Source of the DNA: an uncultured Gaiellaceae bacterium
Lineage (GTDB): Bacteria; Actinomycetota; Thermoleophilia; Gaiellales; Gaiellaceae
DNA: 64,000 nt
Assembly (NCBI GenBank): GCA_963808915.1
Contig: CAWEHJ010000002.1
Location: 174,815-238,814 of the forward strand
Direction: 5' to 3'
Below are positions 1 to 9,006 of this stretch, one piece after another; the first letter of the stretch is position 1; the number at the start of each line of letters is the position of its first letter. The notes below the pieces were generated by a model. It was given only the letters and a program-made list of their open reading frames with translations. It was not told the origin of the DNA and did no database searches. Both the position numbers and the translations under genes were made by a program.

Positions 1-89
1 TGGAGCAAGGTGTCGATGTCGACGGTCGTCATGCCCGCGAGTGGGTCCCTTCCTGCATCCGGGCAGGGCCAAACCCTCGCGGTGCGGTT

Positions 90-576
90 TCAGCGAGGTC
101 CGCGCACGCGGACGCCGACCGCGGCGACCGTCGTGAGGGCGAGAACGACGAGCAGCACGACCAGACGCGCATCCGCCGCAGAGCCGGTCGCCTCGATGGT
201 TGCGCCGAGCGACGAGCCGATCGAAGCGCTCTCGCGCTCCCGGTCGTCGATTGGCGCCGCGGTCGACTCGGCGGCGCTCGAGCGGGGTCGTCGGGGCGCC
301 GTAGGACGAGGAGGAGGCGACCGCCTCGAGCGCGGCGCCGCTCGCGCCGGCCGAGCTGAGCTGCTGCGCGACGGCGGGGGAGAGCGGCGCTCGGCGGACC
401 TTGCCGACCCCGACCGCGACGGAGCCGTCGCTCGTCGGCACCGTCTCCACGTACTGCGAGACCGCCGAGTCGGGCGGCCCACCGTCGGCGTTCGCGAGTG
501 TGGGCAGGAGCAGGGTCACGACGATCGTGGTGCCGAGCACCACGGCGTGCCGCCACGCGGGCGACCGATGTGTCAT
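90..576 (-). pseudogene. Hypothetical exported protein with a C-terminal TM anchor; the reading frame changes near 275-290
   Basis: The ATG at 576 opens MTHRSPAWRHAVVLGTTIVVTLLLPTLANA, which looks like a signal peptide. High-GC3 coding then continues in the frame of ORF 90..482 and ends in the hydrophobic LVVLLVVLALTTVAAVGV. One indel is needed to join the two frames. Confidence 0.4.
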
Positions 577-609
577 CGCCGTTCCGAGCAGACGGCTAGC
601 GTACCGAAC

Positions 610-2537
610 GTGCTCGGGCGTGCCGGAGCCGGGGCCGGTTGGCCGTCGATCCTGGCTCTCGCCGTCGGCGCCGTCGCGGCGTGGCTCGCGTTCGACAACG
701 GCACGTACCAGCTTGCGGCGCGGAACACCCTGGCGATTGCGGTCTGGTGGGGCGTGGGGATGCTGGCGGCGTTCGAGCTGGTGCCGCTGCGCCGGCTCCG
801 GGGCATCGCCGTGATCGCGACCTTGCTTGGCCTGCTCGCGCTGCTGACCCTCGCCTCGCTCCTCTGGGCGCCGAGCGCGGAGAAGGCGTTCGAGGAGGTC
901 AACCGGGTCACGCTGCTTGCTCGGGATCGTCCTGCTCGTGACGCTGCTCACAGCGCTGCGATCGGTCGCGGCATGGGCCGACGGGCTCGCGGCCGCGATC
1001 GCCGCCGTCGCAATCGCCTCGCTCCTGACGCGGCTCTTCCCGGGCCTCGTCGAGGGTCGCGAGCTCGCGACCCTGCTGCCTTCGGCGGCGACTCGGTTGA
1101 GCTTCCCGCTCGGTTACTGGAACGGGCTCGGCGTCCTGCTGGCGCTCGGTGTGCCGCTGCTCGTCCAGGCTCGGCCTCGTCGCGCGCTGGGTCGTGGTGC
1201 GCTGCGCAGCGGTCGCGGCGCTGCCGGTCGTCGCGGGGTCCCTCTACCTGACGTCGTCGCGAGGCGCGGTCGCCGTGGCGGTCGTCGCCTTCGCCACGTT
1301 CCTCGTCCTCACCGACGACCGCTGGGAGGCCGGCGCGGTCCTGGTGCTCGGCGGCCTCGGCGCGGCGGCCGCCGTTGCAGTGCTGGCGCCGAGGCATACG
1401 CTGGTCGACGGCCCGCTCGACTCTGCACGCGCGACGGAGCAGGGGCACGAGGCCGCACTCCTGCTCGTCGTGGTCGCGCTCGCCACCGGTCTCGTCGCGC
1501 CGTTCGCTCTCGCGGTCGCCGGCCGCATCCATTCGCGGCGGTGGGGCCGGGTGCTCGCCGTTGTCGCAGTCGCGCTCCTCCTCCTGGTCGCCGTCGCCTC
1601 CGACCCCGTCGAGCGCCTCCGGGAGTTCAAGCAGCCGCCGACCGCAGCCCAAGCTGTCGGGCCGAACGGGTCGTCCGTCAGCGAGCACCTGCTCAGCGCG
1701 AACGGCAGTGGCCGCTGGCAGTTCTGGCACGCCAGCGTCGACGAGTGGCGTGCCGACCCCGTTGTCGGCGGCGGGGCCGGCACGTTCGAGGCGTGGTGGG
1801 CGGAGCACGGCTCGCTGGCGACGTTCGTCCGCGACGCGCACTCGCTGTACCTCGAGAGCCTCGGCGAGCTCGGCCCTCTCGGCCTGCTCCTGACCCTGGC
1901 CGTCTGTCTCGGCGGCGTGGCGCTCGCGGCACGCCGGTCGTGGCGGCTGGCAGGATCGGAGCGGATCACCGCCGCCGCCCTCGCTGCGGTGGCGGCCGCA
2001 TTTGCGGTCGCCGCCGGCATCGACTGGATGTGGGAGCTGACCGTGGTCTCGGCCGTCGCGCTCACGGCCGTCGCGCTGGCGTCTCGACTCGGCGTCACGA
2101 CGGACACCGAGCGGCGCGACTCGCCTGCCTGGCTCCGCGTCTCGCTCCTCGGCGTTGCGCTCCTCTGCATGGTCGGGCAGGCCGTGCCGCTGCTCGCGCA
2201 GCGCGAGATCGCCAGGAGCCGGGACGCGGCAGCACGAGGCGACGGTGTGGACGCGCGCGACGCCGCGCTTCGCGCCCGCGACATCCAGCCATGGGCGGCG
2301 TCGCCGTACCTTCAGCTCGCCCTGATCGACGAGCGGCTCGGCCGCCTGCGTGCCGCCCGTGACGAAGTCGAGTCGGCGCTCGAGCGGGACAGCAGCGACT
2401 GGCGGCTCTGGCTCGTCGCCGCCCGCGTGAACACGAAGCTCGGCCGGATCGAGGACGGGAGGAACGCGCTCGCGCGGGCGGTCGAGCTCAACCCGCGCTC
2501 GCCGCTCTTCCGTGACGTTCGGGTGAGGGGCCGGTGA
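610..2537 (+). pseudogene. O-antigen ligase/polymerase-like (Wzy_C-type) polytopic membrane protein with a TPR-like C-terminus; two frame changes (about 915 and 1170)
   Basis: ORFs 10..1251, 917..2362 and 1149..2537 read as one multi-TM protein (LSFPLGYWNGLGVLLALGVPLL, SLYLTSSRGA, FVRDAHSLYLESLGELG). The tail has TPR-like repeats. The GTG start at 610 is tentative. Confidence 0.7.
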
Positions 2538-2629
2538 GCGTGGCGTGAGCCGCCTGTGGAAGAACGTCAGACGTGCGTTATGCTCGACACAGCGATGCCT
2601 GTCGGTTCGCCGCCGACCGGAAGGGGGAC

Positions 2630-4075
2630 ATGGGGGATTCGGTGTACGGCCAGCGGTCGCCCGCCTTGGGAGCAACCCCTCCTGCGCGCGCGTCGGTGCT
2701 GCGCCGCGCGCTCCTCGGCGCGGACTCGCGGGCGCATCGCGGCATCTGGCGCGACGCCCTGCTGCGCCGGCTGGTGGCGGCGGCCGACCTGGCGGCCGGG
2801 ACGCTCGCACTTCTCGTCGTCACGACCTCGCTGCCGGAACAGGACCGGCTCGTCCGCGCCGCGATCTTCCTGCCCGCCTGCCTCGTCCTCTCCAAACTGT
2901 CGGGCCTCTACGACCAAGACCAGCGTGCGCTCCGGCACCTCACCGTCGACGAGGCGCCGCGGCTCCTCTTCGCGGCCGTCGGCGCGACGTTCGCCCTCGC
3001 GACGGTCCTCGTGCTCCTGCCGAGCCCGCCGCTCACACTCGGTGAGGGCGCAATGCTCGCGCTCGTCACCTCGAGCCTCGCCTTCCTGCTGCGCGCCGTC
3101 GCCCGCCACGTCTGGCGCCGTGCCACGCCCCCACAGCGGATCGCAATTGTCGGAAACGGGTCGGCAGGCGCCGCCGTTCGGCGCAAGCTCGAGCTCTTCG
3201 ACGACATCCATGTCGAGGTCGTCCACGCGCAACCGCAACTCTCGGCCCAGGAACTGCACGGCGATCCGGCGTGGTTAGACGACCTCGAGCGCGTGATTGT
3301 CGTTTCGTCCTCCGTCGACGACGATGTCGTCCGACGCCTCGTCGCGGTCGGTCGGCGACGCCGCGTCAAGGTCAGCGTCGTGCCCACGGTGGCGGGCATG
3401 TTCGGGACGGCGGTCACCCTGAATCACGTTGCCGACCTGCCGGTGATCGAGTACCACACCTGGGACGTCTCGCGCTCGACCCTGTTCCTGAAGCGTTGTC
3501 TCGACCTCGTCGTCTCGGCGATGCTCCTGCTCGTCCTGCTGCCGCTGCTCGCCCTCGTAGCGCTGCTGATCAAACGCGACAGCCCGGGGCCCGTGCTGTT
3601 CCGGCAGCGGCGTGCCGGCCTCGAGGGACGGCCGTTCTGGATGCTGAAATTCCGGACGATGGTCGCGGACGCCGAGGAGCTGCTCCCGCAGCTCGTCTCA
3701 TTCGACGGCCTCGCCGAGCCGGTCTTCAAGCTGGAAGACGACTCGCGCACGACTGGGACGGGCCGCTGGCTGCGCCGGTGGAGCCTCGACGAGCTGCCGC
3801 AGCTGCTCAACGTCCTGCGTGGGGAGATGAGCCTCGTCGGCCCGAGGCCGGAGCAGCTCGAGCTCGTGGCCCTCTACACGCCGGAGCAGCGGGACCGTCT
3901 CCGCGTGAAACCTGGCCTCACCGGGCCGATGCAGGTCTACGGGCGAGGCCGACTGTCGTTCGCCGAGCGGCTCGCGGTTGAGCGCGAGTACATCGACAAC
4001 CTGACGATTGGGCGCGACCTGCGCATCCTCGGTTTGACGCTGCCGGCGGTCTGTGGCCGCCGAGGCGCGTTCTAG
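2630..4075 (+). CDS. Polyprenyl-phosphate sugar-1-phosphate transferase (bacterial sugar transferase family, WbaP/EpsB-like)
   Basis: ORF 2573..4075. The C-terminal KRDSPGPVLFRQRRAGLEGRPFWMLKFRTM and DELPQLLNVLRGEMSLVGPRP are family signatures. The ATG at 2630 follows GGAAGGGGG. Confidence 0.85.
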   Translation: MGDSVYGQRSPALGATPPARASVLRRALLGADSRAHRGIWRDALLRRLVAAADLAAGTLALLVVTTSLPEQDRLVRAAIFLPACLVLSKLSGLYDQDQRALRHLTVDEAPRLLFAAVGATFALATVLVLLPSPPLTLGEGAMLALVTSSLAFLLRAVARHVWRRATPPQRIAIVGNGSAGAAVRRKLELFDDIHVEVVHAQPQLSAQELHGDPAWLDDLERVIVVSSSVDDDVVRRLVAVGRRRRVKVSVVPTVAGMFGTAVTLNHVADLPVIEYHTWDVSRSTLFLKRCLDLVVSAMLLLVLLPLLALVALLIKRDSPGPVLFRQRRAGLEGRPFWMLKFRTMVADAEELLPQLVSFDGLAEPVFKLEDDSRTTGTGRWLRRWSLDELPQLLNVLRGEMSLVGPRPEQLELVALYTPEQRDRLRVKPGLTGPMQVYGRGRLSFAERLAVEREYIDNLTIGRDLRILGLTLPAVCGRRGAF

Positions 4076-4162
4076 TCCGCTGATCGGGTGTCCGATCGTT
4101 GATAGATCAGCGCACGATAACCGGCGTTATGTCAAGTTGGGATTTCGCCGCCCCTGCCCCAG

Positions 4163-5104
4163 TCAGAAGGTCGCGTCCCGGACACCCAGCGCGATCAGCG
4201 AGAGGACGAACGCCGCCAGGGCGAGCCGGTAGATAGCGAAGACGGAGTAGTCGTGACGGCGCACGTAGCCGAGCAGCGCCCAGATCGCGACGAGCCCGCT
4301 GCCGGCGGCCGCGATCGTGCCGATCAGGAACGGTCCCTGCCACCCGGCGGGCAGGTCGCCGAGGAGCACGTCCTTCACGCCTTTGAGCAGCGCGGCGCCG
4401 AACACGACGGGGATCAGCAGCAGGAACGACAGGCGCGCGGCCGCGTCGCGCGAGAGGCCGAAGCCGCGGGCAGCCGTGATCGTGATCCCCGAGCGCGAGA
4501 CACCCGGCGCGAGCGCCAGCGTCTGGGCGAAGCCGATCAGGACGCCACGGTGCCAGCCGAGATCTCGCGTCACCCGATTCTGCGGCGCCACGCGATCCAC
4601 CCACCAGAGGAGGACGCCGAAGACGGCGAGGAGGATCGCGATCTGCCATGGATCGCCGAGGTGGTCCTCGATGAAGCTCTCGCCCGCCGCGCCGACGAGC
4701 GCAGCCGGGACCGTGGCGACAACGACCAGCCAGGCGACGCGCTCGTCGTCGGTCTGAATCGAGCGGCGCCGCACGCTGCCGAGCCAGGCCGCGACCAACG
4801 TGACCACGTCCGCCCAGAAGTAGGCGATCACCGCGACGAGCGTGCCCAGATGCAACGAGACGTCGAAGGTCTTGTTGAACGCCTCGTGCGTCCGCAGGAA
4901 CCCCCAGTCGGCGAGCCACGGCACGAGGATCAGGTGAGCGGACGACGAGACGGGCAGCAGCTCGGTCAGACCCTGCACGATGCCGAGGACAAGTGCCTGC
5001 CACCCCGTGAGCGAGCCCGGCTCCTCCCCCACACCGAGGGCGGCGAGCACGAGCGCCGTGAGCAGGCAGACCGCCGCGGCGGCGAAGAGCGGCGTCCTGC
5101 GCAC
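4163..5104 (-). CDS. uppP: Undecaprenyl-diphosphate phosphatase
   Basis: 313-aa polytopic membrane protein with the BacA/UppP motifs GLTELLPVSSSAHL and PGVSRSGITI. Confidence 0.9.
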   Translation of the reverse strand: MRRTPLFAAAAVCLLTALVLAALGVGEEPGSLTGWQALVLGIVQGLTELLPVSSSAHLILVPWLADWGFLRTHEAFNKTFDVSLHLGTLVAVIAYFWADVVTLVAAWLGSVRRRSIQTDDERVAWLVVVATVPAALVGAAGESFIEDHLGDPWQIAILLAVFGVLLWWVDRVAPQNRVTRDLGWHRGVLIGFAQTLALAPGVSRSGITITAARGFGLSRDAAARLSFLLLIPVVFGAALLKGVKDVLLGDLPAGWQGPFLIGTIAAAGSGLVAIWALLGYVRRHDYSVFAIYRLALAAFVLSLIALGVRDATF

Positions 5105-5312
5105 CGCGCGATCCTAGTCCCCGTCGCCGCGCAGAGCGCTCGGAACGAAATCGTGTGCAATTTGCGAGCTTCGTCCCCGAGGGCCCTTGCGCGCCCCAAC
5201 GGCGTTCCCTAAGTTCCCTCTTGCACCGAGCACGGAGCGCGATTAGGTCGAAGCTCAGCTCGAAGGCCCTACGCGGAAGCGAAAGGTCAGCGGGCGGAGT
5301 GGACGAAAGCGC

Positions 5313-5335
5313 CACCGGCTCGGTGAATTTTTTTT
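5313..5335 (+). terminator. Intrinsic-terminator-like element: hairpin CACCG-GCT-CGGTG, then AA and T8
   Basis: This is the only T8 run noticed in the window. It lies in a 282-bp gap (5105..5386) with no convincing + strand ORF upstream. Confidence 0.4.
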
Positions 5336-5386
5336 GGGCAAATGCTGGTTGGGTCCCGCCGCTGCCCCGCTCGCTAGGATCGCGCC

Positions 5387-5590
5387 GTGCACCTGCGCAT
5401 GCCGAGCATCGACCAGGGCGTCCAGGCCTTCATCTGGGCGGTCGTCTTCTTTCTCTACCTGTGGGTCGGCATGCTCGCGGTCGGCGTCTCCGGCGCGACC
5501 GCGTTCATCCTCTCGCTGGTGCTCTCGGCCGCGATCTGGCTGCTCGTCCGGACGCGCGGCGGCGAGCGGCCGCGCCCGTATCGCGGCTGA
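5387..5590 (+). CDS. Small two-TM membrane protein (hypothetical)
   Basis: 67-aa ORF with high GC3 and two hydrophobic spans (FIWAVVFFLYLWVGMLAVGV, AFILSLVLSAAIWLLV). TAGGAT lies 6 nt upstream of the GTG, suggesting a leaderless transcript. Confidence 0.45.
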   Translation: MHLRMPSIDQGVQAFIWAVVFFLYLWVGMLAVGVSGATAFILSLVLSAAIWLLVRTRGGERPRPYRG

Positions 5591-5596
5591 CCGCCG

Positions 5597-5770
5597 TCAG
5601 TGCGGGCGCGTGAGCGCGAAGACGAGACTGCGCGTCAGATCCTGCCCGAGCGCCTCCTCGAGGCGGTCACGGGCCGGCCGGCGCTTGCGCGTGAGCCCGA
5701 GCGCGAGGCAGTGCTCGATCAGCAGCGTGTGACCGGTGATGCCGTGCGATCCGAGGGCGGCGACGCTCAT
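5597..5770 (-). CDS. Hypothetical small protein (57 aa)
   Basis: Not in the ORF track because it is under 60 aa. ATG at 5770, TGA at 5597. It translates as MSVAALGSHGITGHTLLIEHCLALGLTRKRRPARDRLEEALGQDLTRSLVFALTRPH. Its GC3 is clearly higher than that of the antisense ORF 5600..5821. Confidence 0.25.
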   Translation of the reverse strand: MSVAALGSHGITGHTLLIEHCLALGLTRKRRPARDRLEEALGQDLTRSLVFALTRPH

Positions 5771-5822
5771 GCGGAGAGCATCGGGTCACCCGTCTTCGCC
5801 GGCGATCCCTGGCGGGAGTGAG

Positions 5823-6386
5823 CTACGAGCGAATCACCTGCTGCGGGGGATCCTCGACCTCGGTCTCCGCCTCGGTCCGGCGCTCCGCCGTGAGCGGCTC
5901 GTCGGCCACAGATGTGTCGACTGCAGCCGGCTCCTCGCGCTCGACCGGCTGCCCAGGCAGCGACCGGAGCCGCGGACCAGAGGTGTCGAACGTGAAGCCG
6001 AACGTCAGCCCGATCCCGAACACGACCGCCGCGAGCAGCTCGCCCAGATCCGAGACGACACCCCCCACGCCGAGATCGTTCGACCAGGCAGCGGTGTCGA
6101 GGAACGGATCGCCGGGCTGGCTCGCGAAGAGCAGCCAGAGTCCGACGATCGCGGCGGGCAGGAAGCCGAGCAGGAAGACGGGCAGACTCAGCCGCGGCCA
6201 GCCCCACTTCGTCCAGCCGCCGAGCAGCTGCGACAGCGCCATCGTGAGCCCGGCGGCCGCAACCAGCCCGTACGTGGCCCAGTACCCGCCCGCCGAGTTG
6301 TCGCCCATCTGGGCCGCCAGCCAGATCAGGAAGCCTGCGACACCGACGCCGATCAGCGTCGCCACACCTCGTGTGATTCCGTACAT
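5823..6386 (-). CDS. Hypothetical membrane protein with an acidic C-terminal tail
   Basis: 187-aa ORF with about four hydrophobic helices and good codon bias. No recognisable family. Confidence 0.6.
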   Translation of the reverse strand: MYGITRGVATLIGVGVAGFLIWLAAQMGDNSAGGYWATYGLVAAAGLTMALSQLLGGWTKWGWPRLSLPVFLLGFLPAAIVGLWLLFASQPGDPFLDTAAWSNDLGVGGVVSDLGELLAAVVFGIGLTFGFTFDTSGPRLRSLPGQPVEREEPAAVDTSVADEPLTAERRTEAETEVEDPPQQVIRS

Positions 6387-6509
6387 GGGTCACCCCCAAG
6401 CCGTTTGATCGTGGATACCCCTGTCTGGCAAGCGCCAACCCGCCTCGGCGATGAGTTCTCGCCCGGCTCGCGGTCTGATCGACGAAACCCGACGAGAGGA
6501 GCAACAGGC

Positions 6510-6884
6510 ATGTTCACCGAGACCAAGGCGTTCAGCGGCTTCGCCGCCGCCGACCTGCGCGAGGCCGAGGCGTTCTACGGCGAGACGCTCGGCCTGCGGA
6601 CGTCGACTCCCACCGAGGGGCTGCTGGCGCTACATCTCGCCGGCGGGCGCGACACGCTCGTCTACCTCAAGCCCGACTTCGTTCCGGCCACCTACACGAT
6701 CCTCAACTTCCAGGTGCCGGACATCGACGAGGCCGTCGACGGGCTGGCTGCACGCGGCGTGCGCTTCGAGCGCTACGACGGCTTCGAGCAGGACGAAAAG
6801 GGCATCTCGCGCGGCCTGGGGCCGGACATCGCCTGGTTCAAGGATCCGGCCGGGAACATCCTGGCCGTGCTGCAGGAAGCCTGA
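6510..6884 (+). CDS. VOC (glyoxalase/bleomycin-resistance/dioxygenase) family protein
   Basis: The ATG at 6510 follows GAGGAG. The 124-aa product (AEAFYGETLGL..., ...AWFKDPAGNILAVLQE) has the typical VOC fold pattern. Confidence 0.8.
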   Translation: MFTETKAFSGFAAADLREAEAFYGETLGLRTSTPTEGLLALHLAGGRDTLVYLKPDFVPATYTILNFQVPDIDEAVDGLAARGVRFERYDGFEQDEKGISRGLGPDIAWFKDPAGNILAVLQEA

Positions 6885-6891
6885 CGCGCGC

Positions 6892-7491
6892 TCAGGCGAG
6901 GTCGAGCCGGCGCTCGTCGAAGCGGGACGAGTCGAGCTCGAGCCGGAACTCCTCGAGGGTGCGCAGCGCGTCCTCGGCGAAGACGTGGTCGACGACGCCG
7001 ATGCGCGGGTCGTTCCAGAACGGCACGTCGACGTGGGCGTTCGAGACGAGGTTGACCGAGAGCGAGGAGCAGACCGGGCAGCGCACCGCGAGCCCCATGC
7101 GGCCTTCACCGGGCGAGAGGACGACGAACGACGAGGGCGACACAGGCCGCGGCCGCTCCTCCGGGTAGCAGTAGAAGCTCCACGGCCACTCCCCCGCCCC
7201 GATGCGCCTGGCGGCGAGATCGCCGAGCTCGGCGCCCGCATCGTCCATCCTCGTCGTCATCAGGTTGACGTAGCAGCGCTCGTCGAGGCCGAGCGGCGCC
7301 CAGTCGAGATCGTGGTCGGAGACGAGCGCCGGGTGCTCGGCACCGCAACCGCACGCGAAGTCGACGCGGTAGACGGCCGGGTGCTGCGCCCCGGGAAGCC
7401 GCTCGAGTCGCCGAAAGGCCGACAGCCTCACGCACGTCTCCCCGTGTGCAGGGCAGGCGAGCGTGAACCGGCCGGTCAGGGCGTCGTACAC
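6892..7491 (-). CDS. Cys/His-rich hypothetical protein
   Basis: 199-aa ORF with good codon bias and the motifs CPAHGETC, FACGCGAEH and RCPVCSS. Family unknown. It lies 42 bp downstream of the MerR gene on the same strand. Confidence 0.6.
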   Translation of the reverse strand: MYDALTGRFTLACPAHGETCVRLSAFRRLERLPGAQHPAVYRVDFACGCGAEHPALVSDHDLDWAPLGLDERCYVNLMTTRMDDAGAELGDLAARRIGAGEWPWSFYCYPEERPRPVSPSSFVVLSPGEGRMGLAVRCPVCSSLSVNLVSNAHVDVPFWNDPRIGVVDHVFAEDALRTLEEFRLELDSSRFDERRLDLA

Positions 7492-7533
7492 GAGGCTGTT
7501 CTAATCGGCAGGTCGGACGCCGAGCTGGAGAGA

Positions 7534-8226
7534 TCAGCGGTCGGCGACGTCGCGCAGGTCGCGCCAGAAGAGCAGCTGTGCGAGCTCCTGGGAGACCGCG
7601 GCGAGGACCTTCAGGTCGTCGAGCCCCTCCTTGTGGCGCTCCGGGTTGCGCGAGCGGAGGGCCGGTGCGACGAGTTGCTCGAGGAAGGCCGCCTGCCGGC
7701 CTGCGGTCGTGCGGAACGTGCGCAGGTGACGGGCGTCGACGCCGAAGCGGGCGAGCTTGCCGCACGCGGAGGCGATCTCGGCGTCGCTCTGGCGGAAGAG
7801 GCGCTGGCCGCCGTCGAGCCGGGCCGTGAGCAACCCGAAGTCCTCCAGCTGCCGCACGAAGTCGGGCGCGATCCCGGCCCGGTCGCAGAGCTCTGACAAC
7901 TCGAGCTCGCGCTCCTCCTCGCCGAGTCCCGGGGCACGCCGGCGGGCCCGGTCGGCCGTCGCGGCAGGCGAGTCGAGCTCCTCGCGGATCACGCGCAGCG
8001 GCAGGAACTCGTCCCGCTGCAGGCGCAGGATCGTCTCGAGCCGCTCGACGTCGTCCTCGCTGAAGAGCCGGTAGCCGCCGCGGGTGCGCTTCGGCGTCAG
8101 CAGGCCCTGGTCCTCGAGGTAGCGGATCTTCGAGATCGAGATGTCGGGGAACTCGTCGCGCAGGCGCGAGCAGACCGCTCCGATCGTGAGCAGGCGGGTC
8201 GTGGAGGTCGCGGTCGTCGTCGTCAT
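7534..8226 (-). CDS. MerR-family transcriptional regulator (FtsR/Rv1828-like by context)
   Basis: The N-terminal HTH LLTIGAVCSRLRDEFPDISISKIRYLEDQGLLTPKRTRGGYRLFSEDDVERL is MerR-type. Its ATG overlaps the stop of the FHA gene (ATGA). Confidence 0.85.
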   Translation of the reverse strand: MTTTTATSTTRLLTIGAVCSRLRDEFPDISISKIRYLEDQGLLTPKRTRGGYRLFSEDDVERLETILRLQRDEFLPLRVIREELDSPAATADRARRRAPGLGEEERELELSELCDRAGIAPDFVRQLEDFGLLTARLDGGQRLFRQSDAEIASACGKLARFGVDARHLRTFRTTAGRQAAFLEQLVAPALRSRNPERHKEGLDDLKVLAAVSQELAQLLFWRDLRDVADR

Positions 8227-8687
8227 CGGAGGAGGAACGTCAGTCGGTACTTGCCGATCTGCAGCTCGTCGTCGTCTTCGAGCTCCGCCGACTCGATCCG
8301 CTTGCGGTTGACGAAGGTGCCGTTGAGGCTGCCGAGATCGCGGATCGTCCAGCGCTCGCCGGCGTGGGTCAGCTCGGCGTGCTTGCGCGAGACCGTGACG
8401 TCGTCGAGGAAGACGTCGCAGTCCGGCGAGCGGCCGATCAGCGACGTCTCAGGCTCGGGGAAGAACGTCTCCCCCGCCCTCCCGCCACCGGAGCGGACGA
8501 CGAGCGCAGGCCCGCGGAAGCCGGTCCGCTCGAGCACACCTGCCGGATCCTCGGCCATCTCCTCGGCGGTGAACGTCTCGGTGTTCTCCCCGGGCGCGTC
8601 GGGCAGCAGCCGGTTGCCGCATTTCGCGCAGTAGTTGGCGGCCTCTGGGTTCTGGAAGCCGCACTCAGGGCAGTAGACGTGGCTCAA
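8223..8687 (-). CDS. FHA-domain protein with an N-terminal zinc ribbon (GarA/OdhI-like context)
   Basis: The tail of ORF 8223..9479 reads YCPECGFQNPEAANYCAKCG followed by an FHA core (LIGRSPDCDVFLDDVTVSRKHAEL...NGTFVN). The TTG at 8687 overlaps the upstream stop (TTGA). Confidence 0.85.
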   Translation of the reverse strand: MSHVYCPECGFQNPEAANYCAKCGNRLLPDAPGENTETFTAEEMAEDPAGVLERTGFRGPALVVRSGGGRAGETFFPEPETSLIGRSPDCDVFLDDVTVSRKHAELTHAGERWTIRDLGSLNGTFVNRKRIESAELEDDDELQIGKYRLTFLLR

Positions 8688-8941
8688 GCGGGCTCGTCCT
8701 CGACCTTGGGCGTTGCCTTCGAGGCGAGGATGTCGCTGAGGCGCTCGACGTCCGCGAGCCCGTGCTCGCCCGACTCGAGCTGCTTCTGCAGCCGCGCCAC
8801 GAGCTCGGCGCGCAGGATGTCGATGCGGCCCTGGAGCAGGCGCCGCCGGTACGAGACCTCGTTCTCCTCGGCCTCGAGTTCGTGGATCAGCGTTCGGAGA
8901 GCGTCGTCGGAGAGCGATGCGAAGTCGGGAAGCGGTTCCAC
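8684..8941 (-). CDS. Small coiled-coil protein; candidate single-motif RsiG-family c-di-GMP-binding anti-sigma factor
   Basis: The GTG at 8941 has GAAAGG upstream. The 85-aa product contains EENEVSYRRRLLQGRID, an exact match to E-x3-S-x2-R-x3-Q-x3-D. It is hidden in the tail of ORF 8684..11542. Confidence 0.6.
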   Translation of the reverse strand: MEPLPDFASLSDDALRTLIHELEAEENEVSYRRRLLQGRIDILRAELVARLQKQLESGEHGLADVERLSDILASKATPKVEDEPA

Positions 8942-9006
8942 AGGCGCCTTTCGGTGGCGGGGTTCGGTCCTTCCAGTAAAGCAGCGGGAGACCCGAGGGG
9001 TCAACC

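Noticed and set aside
5270-5325. A resemblance of GGACGAAAGCGCCACCGG to the GGACGCAAAGCC.CCGG core of the c-di-GMP-I (GEMM) riboswitch. This was tempting given the RsiG-like gene.
   Set aside because: The rest of the aptamer (GGCAAACC, a GNRA-capped P1b, matching helices) could not be found, so the similarity is too short to claim. It is left as an unclassified candidate RNA in the findings.
8975-9004. A sigma-70-like promoter (TTGACC, 18 nt, TTTACT on the minus strand) in front of the RsiG-like ORF.
   Set aside because: The -10 hexamer is a poor match to the actinobacterial TANNNT consensus and the spacing is long. Sequence alone does not support calling it a feature.
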